Assembly: GCF_006345805.1 (NCBI RefSeq) | Contig: NW_021832231.1 | Coordinates: 620,001-684,000, forward strand | From: Octopus sinensis | Taxonomy: Eukaryota | Length of the DNA stretch: 64,000 nt | Reading direction: 5' to 3' | Shown: one piece after another, positions 13,101 to 25,287 of the stretch | Layout of the letters: the number at the start of each line of letters is the position of its first letter | Numbering within the stretch: position 1 is the stretch's first letter | Position numbers and translations under genes: made by a program | Notes under the pieces: generated by a model | Databases searched by the model: none | The model's input: the letters and a program-made list of their open reading frames with translations, nothing else | What the model was told of the DNA's origin: nothing

Positions 13101-13426
13101 CCTACAGATTGACAGTGGATAGAATTAATGTTCGAATCAGGCCTAATTTGGTCCAACGTTGTATTAATGCTGAGTTTGTCTCGGTTAAGGGCGACACGTC
13201 GTTTGTTGCCAGTTTGTGATTCATGGCTTATTTGGTAGTCATTACAATTGATTCGCGTTATTTGAGGACGTTGTTTTGTGATCTGAATTATGTGTATTGG
13301 AGACGCACCGAAGGGGGTGATTGCGTGAAAATGAGCTCGAATGATATTCAGAATATAATCGGTCTTTGGACTGAAGCCGAAATTCTTAATGAAATTGATG
13401 CTTTGAACTGTCGTCTCAGTCATTGA
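10127..13426 (+). CDS. ~985-aa protein: two (helical + extended Tudor) modules, a helical linker and a C-terminal Schlafen/AlbA_2 domain; 12 introns
   Basis: Hand-splicing 12 introns (24-50 nt) gives one open frame of 2958 nt. Tudors: ARAVIL..KIWLVDSGEIRTV..CRLYGV and LFRVRL..KVLKIDYGERLTV..YRLYGV. C-terminus VAFLNSG..KIYFGVDKDGLVKG..RDSYRLTVDRI..IRP..AEFVSV..VYWRR is collinear with SLFNL1. Confidence 0.8.
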
Positions 13427-14109
13427 TTCTAGTTTTTCAAAAAAAAATCTTAGTTTTTTTAAGTTTTCTTTTACGAAATATATGCACAGTCCATTATTTG
13501 TATGAATTCGCATGTAGTCGTGATTAGATGGAACCGAATTGGAATTGAAATTACCTGGTGACATCAATGAATTGTTAGTTTGCATTAGCATAGATCGCAA
13601 TGAATCATGGAGAATAGATTATTGTGGAGAATATAAACTACCTGTGTGCTCTGACAAAAAATCAGCTTAAGAGATTCGCAGTATTTTAAAATTTGTATTA
13701 CCAAAAAAGGGCGCGGCTGGAGGAGCGGATTAGGAGTCGGGTTTTCTTGTGCGGTTGCTGCGTTTATGGATATTTCATTTGGAATATTTATATTCTACAA
13801 GTTGAATTACTTCTGATTTATATTGCAGAAAAAAATTCTAGTCCAATCAGTTTAGAATCTTTCGGAAGTTTCAAAAAAGTCCAAAAATTATATCTCAAAT
13901 TTCCTAGAACGGAATTTTACTAGACATCATTACAAATTTACTATTCACTAAACAAAATTTTGACTAATTTTTTTTTGAAAATCTTAATTTTTTCAATTTA
14001 TTTTTTTAATTAATTTTAAAGCCATTCATTTTGACTAACCATTTTGACTAATTATTTTTTATTGCTAAAACTGAGGGAAAGATATCTAATAATCGAATAT
14101 CAAAATTAG

Positions 14110-14690
14110 TTAATTACTCTCTTAAGACATACCGCAAAGATGGGGAGGTATGTCGATGCGCAGTCCAGATTTAAGGAGTATCCCCTCAACAGGCATTAAT
14201 AACCCGTTTCTCGTCTCAGCTTGCATGCTCTCTAAGGTTTTCCGCAGCACCAGTGACTGATATGCCTTTATCATATTTTCCACTCCGAGCACATCCAAAT
14301 GGTTAATGAATTATGAGGAAATAGCTTTATGTCGCACATAAATAGGAGGTGGTTAGGACGATTTCCCTTCTCTCTCGGTTTCCCATCATTAGTTTCTGGA
14401 ATTTTCCACTGAGTATTTGCTTCAAATAATCGATTAATCTATGCAGTATACTCCTGTTGATTATAACTTGTCACGATGTTTTATTTTCTAACGTTATCCC
14501 GAATAAGTTTCTCGGTAAACACTATCATCCGACACGGAAGACCAGAGTTTTGCAGTATCTGGACTACGAAATCGTAATCGATAAACATAACTGATTTTCA
14601 TTTTTCCGATTGATACTCTGACAATTTCCAAGTTTATTAAATTATTTACATTATTACTAAGCATTGGATTTATAAATTTTAAAATTACAA
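14110..14690 (-). mobile_element. Internally deleted R4-like retrotransposon remnant
   Basis: NHLLFMCDIKLF (degenerate RT xxDD motif) and LGVENMIKAYQSLVLRKTLESMQ. Confidence 0.6.
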
Positions 14691-14693
14691 ATA

Positions 14694-16442
14694 CAGTCTT
14701 CCCTCTATTGATCGCAATTTTTGGGACCAAGCCAAAATTGGCGACTAAGAGAATTGGCGAGTAGAGAAATAATCAAATCTTATTTTCTATCAACAAAAAA
14801 TTTCTATAATTTTTAACTATCTAAACATTTAAATAAATAGCCGAAACATTTATTTAAAAACCAAAATTTTAAGTAAAGTAATCATTTATAGTTTTTTGTA
14901 TGATTCTTTTCTCTATATTTTTTTGCATTTTTAATAAACTTTCTAGCATATTCACATCAAATTATCGTCATGTGAAAAATATTTTTGAGGTCCGAAATAC
15001 ATTTTATCGCATCTCGATGTGTAATACAGTTGTTTCTTTCACAATCTTCAGTAATTGAACTGTCTAAAATTGCATTTCATCGTTATTTTCATAGTATTGT
15101 TTTGAACAAATCATGAAGTTCGTCATTTTCAGAGTACGTAAAGTCTATAAACTCCTCCTCTTTATGGGATCTTGTGATCATTAATTTTCTATAATTTTTC
15201 GAAATTTTTTATTTTATGGTCTCCCATAATAGGTTCTTCAATTCGTTTTTCCCATTTGGCGTGCTGAAAACATTTGATATTGTATCCACTGACACATCTT
15301 TCCAGGTAGATAAGAAAATAAGACTGCATCTTTCAGGTTAATTTTTATAGCATTCAATAGTTGCGTCACCGTAGTTATTTGTTCAATTATATGTTTAAAT
15401 TTAAATTTGTTGAAATGAGATTTGAATGATCTAATGATTCCTGATCCATCGGTTTAAGCACAGTAGTCGTGTTTTTTGGTAAATATAAAACTTCTATCAT
15501 ACTTAATTCGATTGTTATTCTATGCGAAGGACAATGGTCTACAACCAAAAGTATCTTTTTTTGTTTTTGTTTGAGAGTCTTGTTCCATATACAACCATTC
15601 GTTAAATATTCCATGTTCATCCAAGCCTTTGAAGAATTTCGGTATTGTAAATATTCATCAACGTTCAAGTTTTTAAAACACCTTGGTTCTTAAACTGCCC
15701 GATCATCAAAGGGGTTATTTTATCGGATCCAGTCATATTTGCACAAAGCATTAATGAAAATCTGAAAATTGGCTAAAAATGTTAAACCTATCTTTAAGTA
15801 ATTTTTGTCCTGGTGGCGGCGTTTCCTGCAGACATCCGCAGTATATCCCAATTCACCATGAAAAATCTTAGTTTTACATTGTGCCTTTTTTGAACTTTTC
15901 AAGCCATCTTTACTGGCTTTAAATTCGAAGAGACCGTTTAACGCAGCAATTTCAGTTGCTTTCGACAAAATTATCTCATCATTGAGGCAAACTCCAATAG
16001 ATTCCATGTAATCTATCAAGCAATGATTTCAGAATCAATTGCTGAATATCTAAGTTTCGAAAAACGAGAACTTCTCCCATAAATTGGATTAATTCCAAGA
16101 ACATCTGTTTGTTCAATTTAAGATCGTTAATTGCACGTCTCGAAATGATTTTTTGAAACGCGACGAAAAAATTTCTGAAACACGCCTTTAACTTAGAGAA
16201 GAATTATCAATAGATAATTATAATTTCTATTTTTTTGATCATAAGATAAAAAACACGCGGTATAAATATTTGAAAAAATTATTTTTTTAATATTAAATTT
16301 AATTGTTTAATACAAAAACGTGGCGAGTAAGAGAATTGGCGCGAGCAATGGAATTTCCTTAGTAAAATGGCATTTTTTCAAAAAAGTGGCGAGTTATAGA
16401 AATGGCGAGCAATAGAATTGGCGAGCAATAGAGGGTAAACTG
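14694..16442 (-). mobile_element. pogo/Tigger DNA transposon with degenerate transposase
   Basis: TA TSD at 14692-93 and 16443-44; TIR CAGT(C/T)T(T/A)CCCTCTATTG(A/C)TCGC; subterminal TGGCGAG repeats; CENP-B HTH (LNGLFEFKAS) and DDE_1 (LLVVDHCPSH..YLPKNTT..PMDQ). Confidence 0.92.
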
Positions 16443-16749
16443 TATCTACAAAACTAGTATCTCTTGACTGTAAATATGAAACAAAGAAAATTACCAAATC
16501 ACTATATGACTTAAGATAAAAGTATGGCTGTCTAGTATTAACAAAGATTACAAGTGTGGTTTAAAAATATTTCAATCTGATAACACATTTAGGAAGAAAT
16601 GCAAATCAATCAAGAAACAAAAAGATTTAATGATTGAAGCCGGAGAAAGAAACAATTCCCAAAATGTTAACAAATAGTTGGAAAAAAACTACAGGAGTAG
16701 ACTTATCTGGGGCTTCTGAGCAGCAGAGATTGTTTAAGAAGAAAGTTAA

Positions 16750-18650
16750 TTAATTGAATTGTCTATTATGTCATGGTTAGGGTTTTTGATGTAGATTGAT
16801 TAGTTTTATTTTACTTTCAATTTCAATAATTTTTTCAATTTTGGAAGACATGCTCGCATCTATTTTATTAAAAAAAATACATTTGATCATTTTTAATTCT
16901 TCCGACGAAAATAAACCTGAAGAAATCCAATCTTGAATATCCACGACCTGCTTAAAATCATTGTAGTCTCCCAAATAGATGAACCACGGAATACCAGGAT
17001 TAAGTCCCTTCTCCAACTCATAATCAAGCAAAACACGTGCCGCATTCATAGAACCAAATTTAGCCGCAACTGCCAATGGAGTTTCTCCATTTATGTTTCG
17101 AATTGTATGATCTGCTCCGTTGTTTACAAGGAGGCGAATTATAGAACTCTCTCCAAATAATGCTGTGGAATAATGAAGAACACTTTAATTCATTATTATA
17201 AATAAAACGTGTTATTTGTGTCCACAATGCAACTATTTGGATCCGCCCCTTCTCCCAATAGATATTCCATAACTTCAAATATATCATCACTGAAATGTAA
17301 ATTTAGACAAATCAGCCATTTTATTTCGTTTGCCGAAGCCATACAAAGAAGTATTCTTAGCTCGTCTTCCTTAAAACAAAAACCATGTTCTTGTAACCTA
17401 TCGCATAATAGTCTGTTCGAGTACATTTTTGCACAAGAAATGTGACCTCCAATTATTGAATAAAATAAAAGACTCTTTGGGTTTCTTTGATCCTCGTTTA
17501 ATATTGCCTTAAAGATTGAGTTTTTGTCGTGATCCAAAAACGTCAAGCACAGAGCCTCACGTCCGTTTAATGCAGAAACATGGATCGGTAACATTGACTT
17601 GAATTACACCCTAATCAAACCTCAGCATTTCTTGCAGCAATATCATAACCGTCTTTTAATAGAAGATTGACAAGCTTAGACGTATTTTCTCCCTTTCGAC
17701 TAGCAAAACAATGAAGAGGTGTATTTCCATCGTAGTCTCTTTCATTTCTATTGATTTGGTTGCTTAAAATTATCTGGTTTATCAAGTTCTTTTAAAATAC
17801 CTTTAGGACTGCTGTAGATTTAACTTCATAAAGAACACTTTGTCCGTTTTTATCAACCATGTCAACATTAGCACCAAGATTTAGCAAAGTTTTGACGCAG
17901 TCCTCAGAATCAATCGACACAGCCAGATGTAGTAATGTCGTAATTCCTTGAATTCTATTCAAAGTTTATTTTAATTAAAAAACCTCGTGTTCAAATTTGT
18001 TATCATTTTCCTAACAATTTCAATCAGGGAATCAGGTGAATATAATTTTTTCAAGTCAATTGTCGATTTGGCTATGATTTGTTCTGAATTAAAAATGTAT
18101 GTAAATTTCCTAACTTTCTGCTAAAACTGATGAAGGAAACAGTTCTAAAGGAGTACGCCCGTGCCGATCTGGAATACTTAGTGATGCCCCCCATTCTACT
18201 AATATCTGAAAATAGGTACATTTTCAACCTCTGCTGCTGAGTATTGTTTTGCATTGAGAGCACAGTGAAGAGGACTGTTTCCATTACAGTCATACAAATC
18301 GACTAAAGCCCCTCCTTCGAGGAGTATTCTGATTATATCCAAAAATAATAACTTTATAGTCAAAATACTTTTAATCCTTTACTCGCAGCAACATTCAGGA
18401 GCGGTTTACTGGATTTTTTATTACAAAGAGTTTTAAAATCAACTCCAAATACATTTCTCATAAACTTGACGGATTTGAAATCGTTTTTTAGAATGAGTTT
18501 CAATAAAACGTTTACAAAATATTCCTTACAAATTGGGAATACGTGTGCTATAACTTGGCATCCTTCAGAAAGTTTAATTTTGCCAACATTTAGGACGTTG
18601 TAAATCTTTCTCGATATTAAAATAATATCATTACATTATATTTTTGCATT
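16750..18650 (-). CDS. Multi-ankyrin-repeat protein, multi-exon (ends approximate)
   Basis: Repeats GNSPLHCA, TLLHLAV..LLNLGANVD, DYDGNTPLH, LPIHVSA, LLGEGADPN and GETPLAVAAK. Confidence 0.75.
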
Positions 18651-18699
18651 ATTTCCTCTATATTTGTGTTAATTAAATCTATAAAGTTAATTTTAGAAT

Positions 18700-20050
18700 T
18701 ACTCATAAATTGGCGATTCTTAAATGTTAAGATTTTAGCAGTAATCTTATCTTCCAAAATACATGTTTTATTAAAAGTTTTAATATCTTGGGACATGAAA
18801 TATATTTTTAACTCACGTTCAATCTATTTTTGATTAAAACGGAATTATACTCCAAAGTATGAGTATAACTGACTACTTTCAAAAGATGAAGGTAATGTCA
18901 ATTTGATAAATCGAATAGAAAAAATACGCTTCAATTTTTGGTATATCTAAATATATAAGCAATCATGTTATTACATTATGAACTACTTCATCAATATTTT
19001 TAAAATAATCCTTTTTACAGTCCATGTTCACGTCGAAAAAGTCATTTTTTTGATTTTCCAATAAACGATAGCGGTACTATTTATAAAAAATGTTTTAATT
19101 ACCGGCGTCGGCATTATTTTATTATGATTTTCCAGTTCTTTAATAAAATCAAAAATAGACAAAAAATATATTGTTGAGATTGACACATTACTCTAAAATA
19201 GTATTCCATATTATTAACAAGATCTGAAGCTGTCATATAAAATGACGACTGTACAAGTTCCGACAACTGGAATAATGCCAAATCAACCGTCCATCTACGT
19301 AAAGATTTTAAACAGTATACATGCAGTCTGGAAACACATCTGCAGAGAACAAAAAAGGAATTATACAGTTTATAAACTTTGACAGTTTTTGAGTATTGCA
19401 CAGCTCATCAAAACTCTACTTTTAACAAAATGTTCATAACTTTTAAGGAGAAATTGTTATCACGCGTTTTATACTTAAATATGATAATTAATCTTACTCG
19501 AATGTAGTCACGAAGTATCTTAACCAGACACGTTGTATGGTTTTTGACCCAGTCCTGGTGTATATAAGGCTGGTTCGTATTCAACTCTTTTTTTGTTGAT
19601 TTGTGTAACAGATATACGTCATAGACAACAAAACACGACAGGAGACTATGAATCTAATTGTCAATAAAACAAATAATTATTAATTATTACTTGAGATATA
19701 TTTCCTTCGATAATCTGGGAAATATCGAATGAAGATCTTGATAGAAAAATATCCCTAATTTCTAAGATTGTTTGTTTACTTTTTATGTATTTGTTTGAGT
19801 ATTTTATTTACTTTTGATTTATCTGATACTTCAAATCTTTAAATTATTTTAGAGAATAATACTCTCTGTGAACTTGGTCCACATTAGTGAATAGCATTGC
19901 AAATTTTACAAAAACCTGATAAACGAATAAATCTTCGATTTTTGATATCGAAATTCCGATATCATTTAGTTTTCTGTTGGCCCACATTAAATAAACATCT
20001 TTCAGTTTCATCAAACAAAATGTAGAATCCAATAGATACAATGTTGATTT
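18700..20050 (-). CDS. Uncharacterised intron-rich gene
   Basis: Successive coding-like segments (ORFs 19114-19401, 19844-20041) separated by mini-intron-like gaps; no family recognised. Confidence 0.35.
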
Positions 20051-20179
20051 AAACGTTTGGTTTAAATAGTTTTGTATTTGTATTTTTCAAAAGTTAGGAT
20101 TAAAATATAAATCTCTGAAAACAAATTATTTACAGTGAAATTTATTGTCCTATTAATTAGTTCCACCAGAAAGAAAAAT

Positions 20180-21710
20180 TCTTATTGACGGATAGCAAAG
20201 AAATTACCCCAGACTATATCTGGGAAGATTTTTTTGGCCATATACCTGTGTTCAGATGGGTCGTCGGCAACTCGCTCAAAAAATGACCAGATCCTCGAAA
20301 CAAGCTTTTTGTAGAATTTTCCTGACATCTAGACTGCCAGGGGAATAAAAACCATTTCGACATAGCACATTTTTCTCATTTCTTCCTTTGGCCCGTTTGA
20401 ATGAGACTTCAGGGTTTTTGAGTGATGTTCTTGTGTTCTGGGCAGAAAGGAGTTTACAAACGTGACTTCCAATTATATTACTACAAATTTATTGTTAATT
20501 GGCAAGTTGTATCAGATGATATAGGTAACCCAAGTTTACTCAAGAGCAGCGGTTCTCAATGCGGCCCCCGGGGCCCGCATGTGGCCCCCAGATATTTTTT
20601 GCGGCCCCTCTAGAGTAACTAACTTTTTTTAATTTTTAATAATGTTTATTCTTAGGTTAAACATATCTATAATTGGTGATTTAATTAATCAATTTAAGCA
20701 CGTTTTGGGTACTTTATATAAATTTTATTTTTAGAATTTAAAGAATTCCTTCCTTTAATGAAAATATTCGCAACTCTATCAGCGGTGAACATTAAGTGAT
20801 GCCCTGCAAATTTTCAACTAAACTCATTAATTACAACTAGAACTCATTATTTACTGGCGGCATTGTTCAAAAATGCGTCCATTATTAATTTTTACGATTA
20901 ATTCCTCAAGAAAATTCAAAAATATAACACACAATGCATATATTACATCAATGTTTGGATCTAAATATTTATGGAATCAATATTAGTAAAAATTCGAATA
21001 AAAAATAAATATCGTAACAACTCACGGATATCACTCGAGTCAGTTTTTACGAACTCTTCGATTTACTTATTCCGATTTCAAAAACTTAATAACAAATAAT
21101 ACTCTTTAGTTACAACGCTTTGTAGATTTTTTATACTTTATTTCTTTATAAAGGAAATGAATTAAAAAAGGAAAAAGAGTCCAAAAAACTTCATTACGCA
21201 TCCTCATGGCTGCACTTCGGATTGCAAGCGAGTTACCGGCTGGAAAATATAAAAATATATAAAATATTTTTTTGTGCGGCCCGCGAAGCTAATCTTAAAT
21301 TATCGATTTGGCCCTTGAGCTAAAAAGGTTGAGAACCCCTGCTCAAGAGCAAGGCAATCATCTATACTAAACTATATTCGCTGCTATTGTTTGAGATAGA
21401 ACCGTGCCAATCATTTCTCTTGACAAGAAGATCATTTCTCAGCTGCGGTGGCCAGACCGATAGCTTAAAGAAAAAATGATATTCAGGATTTTGCACTTTC
21501 CACAGTTGAATGCAAAAGCTTAAAAATTCGGCACAGTTATTCTAGCTTTCTCAGAATGGTTTCAGGGGTTCCTCCAATTGCACAATCATCCAGATATCAT
21601 ACTTTAAGATCAGTTTTACAGGATCTTAGGGTTTTTTGAATTACGAGAGAGATTAGGAGTAAACCCAGAGGGCCGCCTTGTTGAATTCCACTTTCGATTA
21701 TGGCTGTTCA
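20180..21710 (-). mobile_element. Old degenerate CRE-clade retrotransposon interrupted by the hAT element
   Basis: SGIQQGGPLG..YLDDCAIGG at ~21560-21700 and a C-terminal FIPLAV..GNF at ~20190-20360. Confidence 0.65.
20547..21341 (+). mobile_element. Non-autonomous hAT/Buster element, copy 2
   Basis: Same TIRs and body as 6055-6873; 8-bp TSD CTCAAGAG (20539-20546, 21342-21349). Confidence 0.95.
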
Positions 21711-21852
21711 AAATATGAGTGCAATAATAATTTAGCCCATAAAAGGGTGGCGGATTTCACAATAATTTTTGAAAAATCAGCATAAATATTATCAAAAAAT
21801 AAGAAAAGCTAATTAGACTCGAATTAAGAAATAATATAATATAACTTATCAA

Positions 21853-23408
21853 TCAAATCCACTGTTCGGTAGGCATAAACGAAACGTCAATCAACTTCCA
21901 GGCAGTCATAGGATCGAGGGAACTCTGATTCCTACATAAAGCCCAAACATGCATATAGCTATGTATTTGTTCCTATTCTCTTTAATACATCACACACGAC
22001 CATATCTCCCTCCACCAATTTATTCGATTTGTCCACCACAGCCATCACTTGTTGCGCATTAAACGAAATCACAAGAACAGGTCCTTGCTCCACCATTTTC
22101 GCATCCACCAACTACAACATACAAAACGACTCCAAACATCGACGTTGCTGATATCCAAAATTCTTCCACGGAGAGTGTTGCCTTTTTCCGTCCCCACGAG
22201 CTGAGAAAGCACACTGAACGACTAAAAACTCACAAACAAGACATAACTGCTTGATAACACCAATCCATAAGAATTTCCTTGTCTCCTTTAACCAATGCCT
22301 TCTTTAACACAACAATCATAAACCTCCAGAATATTTGGAATTAACACATGCTCACAAAAATCAATAAACTTTTCTTTTTCAAAAGTGGGATCATATTTGG
22401 AGATTTCAGTGAGGACAAGAGACATTGCAGATGTGGAGAACATCCCACCTTAAATACAACCATTTCCAAATACCCAAGACATCGGAGACCTTGTTTGTGA
22501 CAAATCTAGACAAGCGGGCAGCCACATGGTCACTTTCGTCATAACGAGCCTTAAGACTGAACATTTCTGGACGAATATATTAGATTAGAGTACTGTTTAT
22601 ATATGTGTTATTCTCTTTCATATTCTGCCAACTCTGACTCCACTGGGACTCCTTCGACACAACAACTCCCGATGTTTTACTAAATATGAATTGATCAATG
22701 TTTATGATTATAAAATAAACTGCCATACTCGTCGGGTTTAATCCCCTCCGTCCGTAGTAATTCTGACCGTTTGGTGAGTTTAGATGGGGGCCTGTAGATG
22801 GAGTGCTTCTTGGTGATTTCCATGTCAATTCCCCGTGCAGTCTGTCTGGTTAAAGCACATATTTGACTCAACCTTGGCCAATGACTGATAAGGACGAGTT
22901 TTTTCTATATTTTGCTTATGTCGGCCTATATACTCAGAGGCCTTTTCCAAATCAATGTTGTCTTTTCCTTTCTGCACGAATTTGCTGTCCTGGATCTTCC
23001 TGAAGGACTAAAGGAGGGTCAATGGCTCACTAACGTTTGATATTGTGTTCTGGATTTGTCCCACAAACCGAGTCACATGTTCACTCTGCTCGATTGATTT
23101 CTAAAATTTTTAAAAATTTTTTAAACGTATTTTTCCCGGGCTTTTTTTAAAGCTTCAGAATTGTCTAGTTTGTGAGCTTCTTGACGGAATTTTTTCAGGT
23201 TTTCCTAAATAATTGTTTGTCTGGGGTTTAAAAAGACTTTCAATTCTTTGTTTTTGGCGAACTCTTCCTTAGTGTTGCGAATAAGACGAGAAATGAAGTT
23301 TTCCCCGCTCATTTCTCGACGAATGAGCCAAGAAAAATCCTAATATTTAAAATCCTGTCGAAATACAGCATAAAAAGATGCGGTTCGAAAACGACCCACA
23401 GTGAACAT
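21853..23408 (-). CDS. TIMM44: Mitochondrial import inner membrane translocase subunit TIM44
   Basis: Presequence MFTVGRFRTASF; KEEFAKNKELK, GVVVSKESQW, YDESDH, DWCYQA, MVEQGPVLVISFNAQQ, VWALCRNQ..AWKLID. Two apparent 1-bp homopolymer indels. Confidence 0.92.
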
Positions 23409-23529
23409 ATTGCACACTTAATATTATTGAAAATATTAAATTAATTAATAATATAAATTAATAAAATTATTCTTCTCCATGTTGATACGTTTATTACATA
23501 AATCTCTACCCTTATTACTATTATTCATA

Positions 23530-24130
23530 CTATACTGTCCCCCACTGCAAAATCAACTAACCAAATGGAGGAGACTGATCATTTTATTTAATCATTTTCC
23601 AAACTTTTTGGTCCCCAATTGGTTGGCTGATTACTGTGGTCTTCCTCGTATTCTTGGCATCACTCAAGAGCACTCAGACCAACAGGAAAGGGCGGTTATT
23701 CAAGTCTAAATTTGTCTAAATTGGCTAGAATTGTGAGTTCTTCCATTTGTTGGTACTTTGTGGTCAAATCTATGGTTTATTTCGAGAGTAATTTCGGGAA
23801 TTGTGATTTACATGGAGTGTGGTCAGACAAGTTTAGCTGTCAGACCAAAGGGGGAACGTGGATTCCTTTATTTAACATTTCCGGCCACACTTTTTTGATT
23901 TTTTTGAGTTCAATTCTCATAAAAATTGGGTTTAGCTCGGTTTCTGACAGGTTTGTTAATTTTGTTTGGTTTTGTAGTCTTTCTGTGGCCATGAGAGTTC
24001 TGACTTTGGCATATAATATTCTTTCTTTAGTCTGGGCAGTAATTACTACTTGTTTGTATATGTATAGGTCACTTTGATGTCTACTTTTGTGGTATATCAT
24101 ACTTTTCTCGAAAGTTTGTGTGGTTACATT
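23530..24130 (-). mobile_element. Possible degenerate LTR (Gypsy-like) fragment
   Basis: Intronless, stop-ridden pol-like text and a PPT-like GTGGGGGACAGT; weak. Confidence 0.3.
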
Positions 24131-24614
24131 TTATCTCTCTTATGTTGCTACTTGATTGAAAAACTTACTTTGATTCTTTTTGATAAATCTTTAAATTAAT
24201 TATTTTATTTAATTAGTCGGAATGATTTTTTGTTTTTGTATTTATTTAAGTCAAAAATGACAGTTTTTTGCTATATAAAATGGATAGCTTAAATCCTAGA
24301 AATATATCTACTTGTTTAATAAAATTAAGATCCTTAAAAGAAAATACTTTTAAGCTCTTTTGACATATCTCCACTTTTACAATATCTCCATTCACATCAT
24401 CTCAATCTGAGTAGTTCTGATATTTCTACTTTGATTCCCGACATAACTGATCGTTTTGTTTTTATAAATCGTGCAAACTGATGACTAGGCGTCGGCTAGA
24501 GCGACATAGGTCTCAGGTTCGAGTCTGCTCCAATATAAAAGTAGAAGTGAGGCTAAAATGCTACACGAAATAAACATTGAGGCCAGTTTTTAATTTTATT
24601 ACAAAAATTATAAA

Positions 24615-25192
24615 TTATTTAAACAATTGCTTATGAAACCCAATTTCAGTGTCCATGTGGACTGCACGTTCAAGCGCATCTCCCAATTTCTCGTTTTCGT
24701 GGAGGAGATATTTACACCTGGAGACCAATTTATCCCTAAAATTAAACAAATCTCGAACCAATTTTCACCAGTAGCCGACCTCCCAACTAAATCATCCTGC
24801 AGGCACTGGAGTCTCTCCAAGGACATATTTCGTTTCTTACGAAGTTTACGGAATATTAAAGACAAGGACGGGTGCATGAGAGTACTCGGGTGATGAGCTC
24901 GTCCACATATTTCCTCCACCTTGGCCTTCAACCGCCCTTCGTCCAATTTTCGAAGAGTCAGTTCTGCGGAAACTTGTCCCAATTGGTAGAGCAATTGATC
25001 TGGGCATAAATTAGTTTGTCAACCATGAATAGCATTTGTGTCTACAGAGGATAGTCTTATATGTTTATATATAATAATTACATATTTATTAGTTGTTCGT
25101 TACTTAGAGAATTCAGGCTTACTATTAAAGGGTCTCCGTCCTAATATTTTTATTAGATTGCTAACTGTTGTGTCACTATCCGTAGATATCAT
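24615..25192 (-). CDS. WTAP: Minimal WTAP/Fl(2)d m6A-writer subunit, ~159 aa, 4 introns
   Basis: STLMHPSLSLIFRKLR..LQCLQDDL..DKLVSRCKYLLHENEKLG..MDTEIGFHKQ parallels WTAP STMVDPAINLFFLKMK..LEQAQNEL..KKLMAKCRMLIQENQELG..LEAELALQKK; introns of 25, 26, 24 and 23 nt keep the frame. Confidence 0.72.
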
Positions 25193-25287
25193 GGTTATAA
25201 CAAGCACAACAAACAAACAATTATTTAATTAAAAATTTATAATATTAAATCAAAACCTTAAAAACAAAAATCAGATTAAATGACAAG

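Noticed and set aside
13207-13240. In-frame TGA between two Schlafen ORFs suggesting readthrough or an alternative code
   Set aside because: A 27-nt GT-AG intron (13212-13238) removes it; the other genes translate with the standard code.
12607-13600. Long minus-strand ORFs (157 and 212 aa)
   Set aside because: Antisense shadows of the Tudor-Schlafen gene with no motifs.
16320-16435. Short spaced TGGCGAG repeats resembling an array
   Set aside because: Subterminal transposase-binding repeats of the pogo element, not CRISPR.
22150-22385. Two frameshifts in TIM44 as programmed frameshifting or editing
   Set aside because: Both are in homopolymer runs of an essential gene in a region with other 1-bp indels; sequencing error is more likely.
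24484-24535. tRNA-like A/B-box sequence (GGTTCGAGTC)
   Set aside because: No anticodon arm or acceptor stem; at most a SINE or tRNA relic. The same applies to 26660-26725.
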